Positions 25,704-34,536 of a DNA stretch of 64,000 nucleotides are shown one piece after another (within the stretch, counting starts at the first letter, position 1; every line of letters starts with the position of its first letter). The stretch is from NCBI GenBank assembly GCA_035549275.1, contig DASZRH010000030.1, positions 1,912 through 65,911 on the forward strand, read 5' to 3'. The translations under genes and the position numbers were made by a program. The notes beneath the pieces are model-generated. The model was not told where the DNA came from and did not search any database. It saw nothing but the letters and a program-made list of their open reading frames with translations. The stretch is from Minisyncoccota bacterium. GTDB lineage: Bacteria; Patescibacteriota; Minisyncoccia; 2-02-FULL-40-12; GWA2-44-9.

Positions 25704-27439
25704 TCTTCCTTGGCCTTCTCAATCTCAAGGATCTGGCGCGGATCCGACGTGATGATCTGATCTTCGGCGTAGGATGCAACGACACGGATACCGATATGGT
25801 TCTGACCCAAGAAGAAGAGGCCAAAGCCAACGCGAGCCTCCAGAAGATAAAATTTCTCTGAATCGGTTAGATTGAACGTCTGCTGGACCACGTCAATCGC
25901 GGCTGGTGACTGTTTCATCAGCATCTGAATCGAAGAGTTAGTCAAAATTGTCTTGCCTTGCGGACTGGCCAGGAAGTCTGGAATATCTTGAGAAATGGTC
26001 GTCAGACCGGCGTAATATTTACGGGCCCGTTTGGCGATATTGGAGAGGAAATTCGCTCCAATCTCATATTTCATGAGCCACCAGGCCTCATCCACGATCA
26101 AGATGCGTTTTTTGAGAGTGCGGCGAACGGTAACCCAGATAAAGTTCAAAATCAGATACATCGCTAATGGCCGGAGCTCTTCTTCCATGTCTCGGATGCT
26201 GAACACGACGAGCTGATTGTCGAGTGGGACGTTGGTTGGCTGGTTTAGGAAACCGGAAAACGTGCCTTGGGTGTATTTTTTCAGCCGCGTCGCCATTGAT
26301 TCGGCGCCCTGCAGCCCTTCGAGAATATTCTGAAGGTCGGAAAGAACCGGCGGCGAAGCGCGGGAAAAATCTGAATCTGGCGTAATGTCCTTGATAGCAT
26401 ACGTCTGGATTAGCGCTTCATCGAGGATCGCTTCTTCTTCCGGCGTCAGTTTCTCGAAGATAAGCTTTAAGAGGCCGGTTAAATCCAGAATATGCGACTT
26501 GAACACGTCAGCCGGCGATTCCCCTTCTTTGGGTACCGGCAAATCAAACGGATTGATATGCTGATCGGAATTGACTGAAATTTTGACCGTGGAGCCGCCG
26601 ACGGTATCGGAAAGATATTTGTACTCGTCTTCAGGATCAATGATCAGCACTTGGGTGCCGAAGATTAAGCTGCGGAGAATTTCCAATTTAACGGTGTAGC
26701 TCTTGCCGCCGCCGGATTTGCCGAACACGACGGCATTCGCGTTTTCCAAGTTAAAGCGGTCAAAGAGGACCAACGAGTTGTTGTGGGTATTGATGCCGTA
26801 CAAAATGCCGCTGTTGGAGGTCAAATCGAATGAAACAAACGGAAACAGCGAGGCCAGCGGTTCCGTGTTCAACGATGTGTGGACGGTCAGACGGTCGTCG
26901 TCGATCGGAAGCGTTGAATTAAACCCTTCCAGCATTCGGAATGTGGCCGGCTTGGCCATGACCAGCTGGTATTCCAGCAGGCCTTTGAGTTTGGCTTCGG
27001 TTTCATCCAAGTCCTTGATCGAGTTTTCGTAGATAGTGATATAGATGCCGAGCTCGAAGAATTTGTCGGTTCCCTGCTGGAGCTTGTCGCGCAGGGCTTC
27101 AATGTCCTGCATGGCGGTTTCCAGAATCGGATCCCGAACTTTGCCCTTAGCAGCTTCTTCCATCGCTTGGGCCTGGAGTCGAGCCAGCTGATCGCGGAGC
27201 TGCTTCAGGACCGTCACCGTGCTTTTTGGATGGACAAAGAATGAAATATCCAATACCCGATCCAGGTTAATGATCGGCGAGAACCAGCTGGTGTTTAGAT
27301 ACCGCGGATAGGTGGCCAAAAAAATGGTTCGGGCATACTTGGGCCCCAGCTGGAGATAGTTGCTGGAAACCGAAAGCGCCGCCGGAGCCAGCTGATCGCG
27401 GATATCAGGTGCAGATGGTTGGGTGGGAGTATTTGCCAT
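25682..27439 (-). CDS. VirB4/TrbE/CagE-family type IV secretion ATPase
   Basis: Walker A VVFGKSGGGKS; Walker B RILIVDEAWWLM (the DEAW signature of VirB4-like ATPases); 585 aa. Confidence 0.75.
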   Translation of the reverse strand: MANTPTQPSAPDIRDQLAPAALSVSSNYLQLGPKYARTIFLATYPRYLNTSWFSPIINLDRVLDISFFVHPKSTVTVLKQLRDQLARLQAQAMEEAAKGKVRDPILETAMQDIEALRDKLQQGTDKFFELGIYITIYENSIKDLDETEAKLKGLLEYQLVMAKPATFRMLEGFNSTLPIDDDRLTVHTSLNTEPLASLFPFVSFDLTSNSGILYGINTHNNSLVLFDRFNLENANAVVFGKSGGGKSYTVKLEILRSLIFGTQVLIIDPEDEYKYLSDTVGGSTVKISVNSDQHINPFDLPVPKEGESPADVFKSHILDLTGLLKLIFEKLTPEEEAILDEALIQTYAIKDITPDSDFSRASPPVLSDLQNILEGLQGAESMATRLKKYTQGTFSGFLNQPTNVPLDNQLVVFSIRDMEEELRPLAMYLILNFIWVTVRRTLKKRILIVDEAWWLMKYEIGANFLSNIAKRARKYYAGLTTISQDIPDFLASPQGKTILTNSSIQMLMKQSPAAIDVVQQTFNLTDSEKFYLLEARVGFGLFFLGQNHIGIRVVASYAEDQIITSDPRQILEIEKAKEEWAGLQK

Positions 27440-27446
27440 ATAAGAA

Positions 27447-28091
27447 TTAAACAGCGGGCTGCTCCGGCGGCGCTACGCGCCGTTCGCCGGGGTTGTACAG
27501 TCCATAGTACACGTCCATTAATTCGGCTTGTTCCAGCAACTTTACCTTCAAACCAAGACTGATCAAACCATCCATCACCAATTCGGTGCGCTGCATCAGC
27601 TGGACGCGGTATTTTTCCAACTCTTCGGGATTGATCCGCTTGATGACGCCGCCGGGATTAAAGATGCTCTGGAAACTTTTCAAAATACCGGACTTAGACG
27701 GTGTTTCGTAGATATAGAACGGGAGGACGACGTAAAATTTCTTGGACATGATATTGGAGAGTTCCAGCAATTCTTTGACGAACTTCGCATATTCGACGGC
27801 TTGGATTTTCAGCAGCTCATTCTGGGTGTTGTCGGCCGCTGTATCTAAGGTTTTGATGTATTCATCCATATTCAACTGCCGCGAATTGACGACGATCTGA
27901 AGCGGAAAATCAATCGAATTCAGAAAGTTCTGGAAATTGCCGAGAATGCCCATCTGCTCCCCTTCCGAGCGGAGCTCAAAGTTGATGGCCGAGACTTCAA
28001 TGACGGCCCGAAGCGATCCGTTGGTCAGCAAGACCACGTTCCCTTGGATATCTGCGATCTCAACCAGATTTTTGGTGGAAAGATTAGCCAT
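27447..28091 (-). CDS. hypothetical T4SS-associated protein (possibly VirB4 N-terminal-domain-like)
   Basis: 214 aa from MANLSTKNLVEIADIQGNVVLLTNGSLRAVIEV. Start trimmed from the track start (28178) to avoid a 95-nt overlap with the upstream small membrane gene. Co-oriented and tightly packed with the virB4-like gene. Confidence 0.45.
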   Translation of the reverse strand: MANLSTKNLVEIADIQGNVVLLTNGSLRAVIEVSAINFELRSEGEQMGILGNFQNFLNSIDFPLQIVVNSRQLNMDEYIKTLDTAADNTQNELLKIQAVEYAKFVKELLELSNIMSKKFYVVLPFYIYETPSKSGILKSFQSIFNPGGVIKRINPEELEKYRVQLMQRTELVMDGLISLGLKVKLLEQAELMDVYYGLYNPGERRVAPPEQPAV

Positions 28092-28404
28092 TGCGTTTGG
28101 TTTGGGTAAGGTAGTTGGGAGTCTGCTCTTCCGGCTGGAAAAGGTATTTCTTTTGGCCGAAGGTGAAGGCAATCGCATTGGCGACGTAGTTGATGAGCGG
28201 CATGTCGTCGATCTTCAAAAACGCGAACGCGAGCGATATGGCGGCGACGGGAATGGCGATCAAGATCGCCCAGATGCTGTGGCTGATGCTGAATATCAGA
28301 AACAGAACGGTCCCGCCGGCGGCAATCCACAAAAACTGTTTGAGCGTGAACGGCCCGACGATATTGATCTCCGTCTGGATGAATTGTGGAATCTGGAAAC
28401 GCAT
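28084..28404 (-). CDS. VirB3/PrgI-like small membrane protein
   Basis: 106 aa with two adjacent TM helices (LWIAAGGTVLFLIFSISHSIWAILIAIPVAAISLAFAF); located immediately upstream of the virB4-like genes as in T4SS operons. Confidence 0.45.
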   Translation of the reverse strand: MRFQIPQFIQTEINIVGPFTLKQFLWIAAGGTVLFLIFSISHSIWAILIAIPVAAISLAFAFLKIDDMPLINYVANAIAFTFGQKKYLFQPEEQTPNYLTQTKRNG

Positions 28405-30824
28405 TAGGATTGATTTTTGTCTCTTAAGTTTACCACGTTATTCGGATTTATGGTTGCGGACGGCGGTTTGGGTGGCTTAATCGGGGTCATCGGCTCAATC
28501 CGAGGGAAATATCGAGGTGCTACTCGCGTTGATGCTTGTGGCCCCTGCGGAGTTGAAGCACGGGGATTTGAATTTTGCTCTGTATTCTCTTCTTCATCTT
28601 CCTCCTCTTCCTCGATCGTGCTTTGAGTAATTTGAGAAGATCGTGGGACTACTGTGCCGGGCGGTTGGCCAGGAATCCCAAATCCGATCGGCTGTCTATA
28701 TGTCCCCGATCCTCGTCCAGAACGTGCCTGCTGGTTCGGTGTCGATTGTTGGCTGCCGACCGCATTGACGGATTGTCTTTGTTGATTAGCGTTTGCTTGG
28801 TTCGGCTGATTGGTTTGGGCGAAGTTATTTTTGGGTGCCACACTTTCTAGAATTAACAACTTATCACTGTTGCCCTGCTCATTGAGGATCTTTTCAAGAT
28901 TGTCTCTTAGGTTTTTGCGGGTTTTATACGAGACGTTTGAGTCAGTGATCTTGTGTTTAAGGGATGCTTGGAACTCAAGTGTTTTCCAAAGGTCATCTGG
29001 CATTGCAGCGATATTCTTGGCTTCTGTATCAAGCGATTTTCTGATTGCACCTAATTTTGTCATCGCAACAGTTTTGGATCCAGTCTTGTATATGGGTTGA
29101 CCAGCGGCATCGGTAAGTGGTTTTCCTGTAGCGTCTTTTTCTGGTTCAGGCTGTTCAAGTATGTTGTTATTTTTCTTAAAGTCATAGACGAGGTCAGGAC
29201 GCAACTTGCCGAAATCCTCCAAAAACTTCTTTGTTTCAGGGGACTGGACGCCGCCCAGGATACTGGCTGCCTTGTTTAAATCCTCCTCTTTCAAACCAGC
29301 CGCCATCTTGGCATCCCCCGCTACATATCGGAGCATCTCTCGGCGCGCGGGCGTGAGTGTCGGATAGTTCAAAGAGTCATTGAGCGCAATGGATTTAAGA
29401 TTTTTGATGCCGTCAAACTTAGCGTCCTTTGCCGTCTTCACCAGATCGTTAATGGCATAGGGATTTCCGCGGAGCTGCCGCAGTGTTTCTTCAAACATTG
29501 TGCCATCCATACCACCCTTTTCGAGTAAAAGTTTTCGGTACGCATACCCCTCTGAACTGGCCGCAGATTTTGAAGCAAGCGTTCGAAGCTGGTTAATGTC
29601 AATGCGGCCAGTATTATAATCATTTTCTGCTTTTGAATAAGCGACTTTGGCGTTTTCAGTAAACTGTCTTTGGGTCCTGAATGGCCATTGGCCAGCCACA
29701 GCAGCCCTCTGGCGCTCAAGCCCCTCTTGTCCCCCGTAGATCTTATTAAGGTATTTATTCTGAAATCCTTGTTTCTGGAATTGTTCCCTTCTTTTATTGT
29801 AAGCATACTGATAAGAATCTAAGGAACCGCCGCCCGGAAGTGGTATTCTTTTAACTAGATTAGTAGCCCAGCCCACGCCTTTTTTGAACGTATTGTCTCC
29901 GGTCCAGGCGGTTGTTAGTTGCATGGCCCAGACTGCGCCCATTACCAGCATGACAGCAGCGAAGATGTAGAAGAAAAGTAAGCTGAACGAAGCGCTGTTT
30001 GTGAGACCAGCAATAAGTCCTTTATCTAGAGCACTTTGAGAATCACTGGCGATCTTGAAACCGATTTGTTTTGTAATCTCGCCTCTTTGTGAAAGGAAAA
30101 AGAGGGTCAGGTACAAGAAAAAGAGATAAACCGGCAAGAACAGATTCCACCCAAAGAACATTCCCCACCAACGATAGAATTGTTTCTGTGTTCCCGGCAA
30201 AATATTCGCCATCCAGGCCAATGGTGAAATAATGAGGAGTCCCCAAATGACAAAGATGCGAATAACCGCAAAAAAGGTAGCCACCAAAATGCTGAACAAA
30301 AACATCGCGCTGATCACGAGGCGCATAATGGCAGAGATTGCGCCAGCCGAAAAGACGTCAATGTCATAGATACTGCCGCTATCCCCCGGGGTCAATCCCA
30401 CCAAACTTGTCGGACTCAAATATTGCCCGAGTTTATCAGCGGGATTGCCGATTGCTGCCAGAAATACATTCGTAAGCACTTGGCACGCATCGATTACGAG
30501 CCCCCCCAATACCAGACTGAAATTAATGAGAACGGCGACGATAAGAAAACGGACAATCATTTTTTGAAATGAATATTTGGAAGAGTCAAAAATCGTTGCA
30601 AACGCCATCCAGATCAGCAACACGACAAACAGCATATTTGAAAAATTCCGGAGAATCGTCCAGGTGCCGGTAATCACGGGCATATCATTAAACGCCCGAA
30701 GATAAAGAGCGAAATTAAATACTCGAAGAACGACCGAAATGAGCTGAATAATAATACTATTCAGCGAAGTGATTAAGAATGTTATGACTGTCCCTAGGCT
30801 CGTAAGTGAACTAAAAATATCCAT
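28404..30824 (-). CDS. VirB6/TrbL-like polytopic membrane protein with long hydrophilic C-terminal extension
   Basis: 806 aa. The N-terminal ~330 aa has at least six TM helices. The C-terminal ~470 aa is hydrophilic with an E/D run (EEEEEDEEEN) and Q/N/P-rich low-complexity sequence. Confidence 0.55.
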   Translation of the reverse strand: MDIFSSLTSLGTVITFLITSLNSIIIQLISVVLRVFNFALYLRAFNDMPVITGTWTILRNFSNMLFVVLLIWMAFATIFDSSKYSFQKMIVRFLIVAVLINFSLVLGGLVIDACQVLTNVFLAAIGNPADKLGQYLSPTSLVGLTPGDSGSIYDIDVFSAGAISAIMRLVISAMFLFSILVATFFAVIRIFVIWGLLIISPLAWMANILPGTQKQFYRWWGMFFGWNLFLPVYLFFLYLTLFFLSQRGEITKQIGFKIASDSQSALDKGLIAGLTNSASFSLLFFYIFAAVMLVMGAVWAMQLTTAWTGDNTFKKGVGWATNLVKRIPLPGGGSLDSYQYAYNKRREQFQKQGFQNKYLNKIYGGQEGLERQRAAVAGQWPFRTQRQFTENAKVAYSKAENDYNTGRIDINQLRTLASKSAASSEGYAYRKLLLEKGGMDGTMFEETLRQLRGNPYAINDLVKTAKDAKFDGIKNLKSIALNDSLNYPTLTPARREMLRYVAGDAKMAAGLKEEDLNKAASILGGVQSPETKKFLEDFGKLRPDLVYDFKKNNNILEQPEPEKDATGKPLTDAAGQPIYKTGSKTVAMTKLGAIRKSLDTEAKNIAAMPDDLWKTLEFQASLKHKITDSNVSYKTRKNLRDNLEKILNEQGNSDKLLILESVAPKNNFAQTNQPNQANANQQRQSVNAVGSQQSTPNQQARSGRGSGTYRQPIGFGIPGQPPGTVVPRSSQITQSTIEEEEEDEEENTEQNSNPRASTPQGPQASTRVAPRYFPRIEPMTPIKPPKPPSATINPNNVVNLRDKNQS

Positions 30825-30827
30825 AGA

Positions 30828-32372
30828 TTATGGGGTGGGTGTTGGGGTGCTGCAAGTTGCGTTTACGGCAGTGATGATCTCGGTTAGGGGGGTTAAGACA
30901 TTGTTGCGGGCGGTATTCAAGTCATCGCGGTCTTGGGTAGTCATAATATGATCTGGATTCCCGAATACTCCGGTAATATCGTGATACGTAGCAAGCAGAA
31001 GATCAATTTGATGGAGGACGCTGTTGATCTGATCAGAATACTGGGTGCCAGTGGAATCATCTTTCTGGCCGCTTAAGAGGTCAGACATGTCCGAGAATGG
31101 ATTAGGCCCGGTCAGGCCCGTATCCCCCATAGTGGCGGCGCTGCTGGAGAAATTGTAGCTGGCCAGTTGCTGATACGTTCTGGTGAGGACGTTCAGAAAA
31201 CCTGCCTGTGGCGCAGTGGCTGAACATACCGGCGCTGCCGGGTTATTTGGGTTAGTTCCCGTATCGGTTCCCGTATCGGGATAATTTAGGGTGCTGGTGC
31301 CCGCATCGCCGTCGCCGGCTAGGATATTGTCGCCGTCATTGGGATTCGATTGGTCAAGCAAGTGATTCAGAAGCTTCACAATTCCAGTGGAAATGAGCGT
31401 CCCTAATTCTTGAGTGTTGGCGAGCCAGCTAAATTCGGCATTGATGGTTGCGGCCGCATTATCAGCGATATAGCTGCCCGTGGTTTTGATGGATTTATAT
31501 ACGATGCAACTGCCGGCAAAGCTGACTTGGCAACTGTCGGCCTTGCCGTTGCCGCTGATACCCGTGTATCCTTTTCCTGCCACAGCCTGATTCACATCGG
31601 CCGACTGCGCTGCATTGCGCTGTTTTGTGGCTTCGTTGTAGGACAAAAGCAAAGCACCGTAGTAGTTGTTTTGCGGCTGGGCAAGGCGAGCAATGGCGTC
31701 CCAGCCGCCGGCGCCGGCAAAGTCCTGATCGAATTTAGCGGGATCAAATCCGGCTGGCATAGTACAGCCGATATCCGAAGCGAACGAAGTCAAGCTGTCG
31801 GTTCGGGTTTTTTGCGAACCGAGTGAGATTTTTTGGTTCGGACTTAAGCCAAATACTTTTTTCAGATCGTCGCCGAAATACGGACAGAGTTTCGAAGTGC
31901 TCAGCATTGCCCGAAAAACATTCTCGCCTCGATATTGGGCTTGATTTTGGAAATTATTCCAATCAGTAACAAACGATGCTCCCCCGTCGCGTCCGCGGGT
32001 CTGGATAATGGTGCTAATGTTGCCGCTTAAATTATCGAATATTTCTCGAGCAATACAGCGGGCAATAATGTCGGTGCGGGTAGTCTTATCTGTAAAAGCG
32101 TCTGCAAATTTTTCGGAGTTACTATCATAGACCGGAACAGTCAATCCGATCCCGCCTATGCCCGTGAATAAGTTTGTTAATCTTTTCTCCAGGCCTCCAA
32201 TTTTATTTGTGAGCCAAGGTGCAAGAGATGCCCCAACATAGCAACCCGTGAATTTGGTTGCGGTACTGACTACCACGTTTGCCGCTTGAGCTCGCGGAGT
32301 CTCAAAAGGAGAAAACATCGTATAGGCGATGGTTGCGATTGAAAGGCAGATTGAAATGAAGCGCCTGGTCAT
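30828..32372 (-). CDS. secreted hypothetical protein (T4SS cluster)
   Basis: 514 aa; signal peptide (IATIAYTMFSPFETPRAQA); G/T/N-rich with a C-terminal TPTPTP linker; no recognisable catalytic motif. Confidence 0.45.
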   Translation of the reverse strand: MTRRFISICLSIATIAYTMFSPFETPRAQAANVVVSTATKFTGCYVGASLAPWLTNKIGGLEKRLTNLFTGIGGIGLTVPVYDSNSEKFADAFTDKTTRTDIIARCIAREIFDNLSGNISTIIQTRGRDGGASFVTDWNNFQNQAQYRGENVFRAMLSTSKLCPYFGDDLKKVFGLSPNQKISLGSQKTRTDSLTSFASDIGCTMPAGFDPAKFDQDFAGAGGWDAIARLAQPQNNYYGALLLSYNEATKQRNAAQSADVNQAVAGKGYTGISGNGKADSCQVSFAGSCIVYKSIKTTGSYIADNAAATINAEFSWLANTQELGTLISTGIVKLLNHLLDQSNPNDGDNILAGDGDAGTSTLNYPDTGTDTGTNPNNPAAPVCSATAPQAGFLNVLTRTYQQLASYNFSSSAATMGDTGLTGPNPFSDMSDLLSGQKDDSTGTQYSDQINSVLHQIDLLLATYHDITGVFGNPDHIMTTQDRDDLNTARNNVLTPLTEIITAVNATCSTPTPTP

Positions 32373-33280
32373 TGATTGATGTTGAGAAATGAAGTATCGA
32401 TCTTCTGGTCGGTTAGTGCGGTGCTATAGTCGGTGATGAATGTGAAGTATTTTTCGTACATGTCCCCGACAGCATCAAGCGCGAATGATGCTTTGATTGG
32501 ATCGGCGTCACCCATGGAAAGAGCCTGGCAAATATCGCGCATCTGTTGGACGATGCTTAGGAATTCCGAATCCGTTGGAATCAGCTTTTTGGGCACCGAT
32601 AGATCAAGGCCTTCATTTAAGATCGAAGTATATTGATTGGCCTGATCGGCATAAGATTTTTTAATGCTGTCTGTGAAACCGTCGCTTCCGATCGCATCAA
32701 GAGTTTGAGATAGGACCGAAGATGTGGAAGAAAATTGGGAACCAAACTCATTAACAAGTTTAGTGAAAGATTGGAGATATGATTTTTGGTCGTCGGCACC
32801 GTCGTTTGCGGTGTGAAGCGAAGCAGGATCGACCGTTTTGCTGAATAGGTATGTTGCAGAATCAGCGACTGAAGATGTAATATCCGACCACGCCTGGTTG
32901 TAATTTTCGCTGTCAGTCTTCAGATCCCCGGCGGCGAGACCGTCTACGGTAAGACTAGCCAGTTGATCGGTTAAGTTGCCATTCTCGATAAGATCGTTGG
33001 GGCCGGGTACGCGCGGATCATGGCCAGAAGCGACTTCTTCCCCATCTTTAAAACCGTCGCTATCGGTGTCGGGATCATAGGGGTCAGTGTTCCAAAGCGC
33101 TTCTTGAATATTGGAAAGACCATCATGGTCAGGATCATCGTCGGATGCGCCAATTGAAGCGGTTTGCGAAAGTGTTGGACCCTTGAGAGCCTCGACATGT
33201 AAAAATTTAGCAAATTGCCAAACCAAAATCATAGCGGCTCCTGCCATGATCGCAATGAAAAAAGTAACCTTCTTCGGCAT
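32369..33280 (-). CDS. membrane-anchored protein with thrombospondin type-3-like calcium-binding repeats
   Basis: N-terminal TM, then DDDPDHDGLSNIQEALWNTDPYDPDTDSDGFKDGEE, i.e. tandem DxDxDG calcium-binding loops; 303 aa. Confidence 0.5.
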   Translation of the reverse strand: MPKKVTFFIAIMAGAAMILVWQFAKFLHVEALKGPTLSQTASIGASDDDPDHDGLSNIQEALWNTDPYDPDTDSDGFKDGEEVASGHDPRVPGPNDLIENGNLTDQLASLTVDGLAAGDLKTDSENYNQAWSDITSSVADSATYLFSKTVDPASLHTANDGADDQKSYLQSFTKLVNEFGSQFSSTSSVLSQTLDAIGSDGFTDSIKKSYADQANQYTSILNEGLDLSVPKKLIPTDSEFLSIVQQMRDICQALSMGDADPIKASFALDAVGDMYEKYFTFITDYSTALTDQKIDTSFLNINQ

Positions 33281-33383
33281 TATTAATTTGGGATATGCCA
33301 GGTGGTAAAAACCAGCTTCTTCCCTAGCTTTATTATACTACAGAGTCTATCTGCCGATACCGCCGGGTGTTGATAGTCAGAGC

Positions 33384-33731
33384 TTAGGATGTGCCGACCT
33401 TTAAGATGAGGGGGCCGCCACCCACTGGAGTGCAGCCAAAGCCGCCTGGCTGCAAGCAAACATCGTACCCGCTCGCGATGCCTAAGACCCAATTTCCGCC
33501 CCCAAAGATGTTGTAGTATCTATAAAGTGTTGAGGAGCCCGGGCGGTACATGAAAACGCCCGGCCGTGGCGGCCCTACCGTGATCATCACGTTAAAACTG
33601 CATGAGCAAGGAATGCTGCTGATGAGTCTGCCGCCGAATGGTGTACCAAACGTTGCTGCATCCACGAGACCAGGTAGGAAAAAAGACAGAAAAGACGCCA
33701 CCAAGAGAAATACAAGAGAAACTCTCCGCAT
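33384..33731 (-). CDS. small secreted cysteine-containing protein (first gene of T4SS-like block)
   Basis: 115 aa; signal peptide cleaved after VDA; mature ~90 aa is G/P-rich with five Cys. Confidence 0.4.
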   Translation of the reverse strand: MRRVSLVFLLVASFLSFFLPGLVDAATFGTPFGGRLISSIPCSCSFNVMITVGPPRPGVFMYRPGSSTLYRYYNIFGGGNWVLGIASGYDVCLQPGGFGCTPVGGGPLILKVGTS

Positions 33732-33765
33732 ACCCCTATTATACCACTGTTTTTAGTGTCGGCGG

Positions 33766-34536
33766 TTAAGGTGTTGATAAGTTTTGAGCTAATTGCTGCC
33801 ATTGTGCGACGGAAAGATTTTCGGCACGGATAGCCGACAAAAGACCGGTTTTTTCAAACGCTGCGAGAACGGCTTCCCGGCTATAACGTCCCAGGAGGTT
33901 GTTGAGCAGCTGCTTGCGCCTGGAGGAAAAGCCGAGCCGGGCAATATCCAGGAAATTAATACCCAATTCCGGCCGTGGCCGGAGGCGGATCACGGCGGAA
34001 TCCACCGCCGGTATCGGCCGGAAGCTTCCGGCCGATACCGGCATGACGATTTCAGGCTCCGTATAGTACTGAATGGCCGCGGCCAGAAGATTCATGTGCG
34101 GCGGCTGGGCCAAAATCCGCTGGGCAACCTCTTTTTGAACCATTAGCACAAGCAGCTGTGGCCGCGGCCACTTTTCAAGCGCGAGTTTAAGAAATCGCCC
34201 GGTGATATAGTACGGTAGATTGGCGACGATTTTATAGCTGTCTGATACAAGGTTGAATTCTGTAGGATCGAACTCAAGCGCATCCCCTTCTCTGACCTGA
34301 ACCGACGAATCCAAAAATTCTTTTCGAAGCTCTTCAATCAGACGATGGTCTTTCTCGATGGCGATGACGGTGCCCGCGTGCTGGACCAGGAGTCGGGTTA
34401 ATAGTCCTGTGCCGGGGCCGATCTCCAGTATCGTATCGGTTGCCGACAGTTCGGCGGCCTCGACAATGCGCGCGGCGACACCGGCATTGATGAGAAAATT
34501 TTGGCCCAGCGATTTTTTTGCCGATACATTAGTCAT
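33766..34536 (-). CDS. rsmA: 16S rRNA (adenine1518/1519-N6)-dimethyltransferase RsmA/KsgA
   Basis: SLGQNFLIN motif; SAM-binding LEIGPGTGLLT; start at MTNVSAKK (34536) immediately after the uvrD stop. Confidence 0.9.
   Translation of the reverse strand: MTNVSAKKSLGQNFLINAGVAARIVEAAELSATDTILEIGPGTGLLTRLLVQHAGTVIAIEKDHRLIEELRKEFLDSSVQVREGDALEFDPTEFNLVSDSYKIVANLPYYITGRFLKLALEKWPRPQLLVLMVQKEVAQRILAQPPHMNLLAAAIQYYTEPEIVMPVSAGSFRPIPAVDSAVIRLRPRPELGINFLDIARLGFSSRRKQLLNNLLGRYSREAVLAAFEKTGLLSAIRAENLSVAQWQQLAQNLSTP

Noticed and set aside
28417-28626. 69-aa plus-strand ORF ending in a poly-Ser run
   Set aside because: It is antisense to the glutamate-run (EEEEEDEEEN) region of the VirB6-like gene, hence a compositional artefact.
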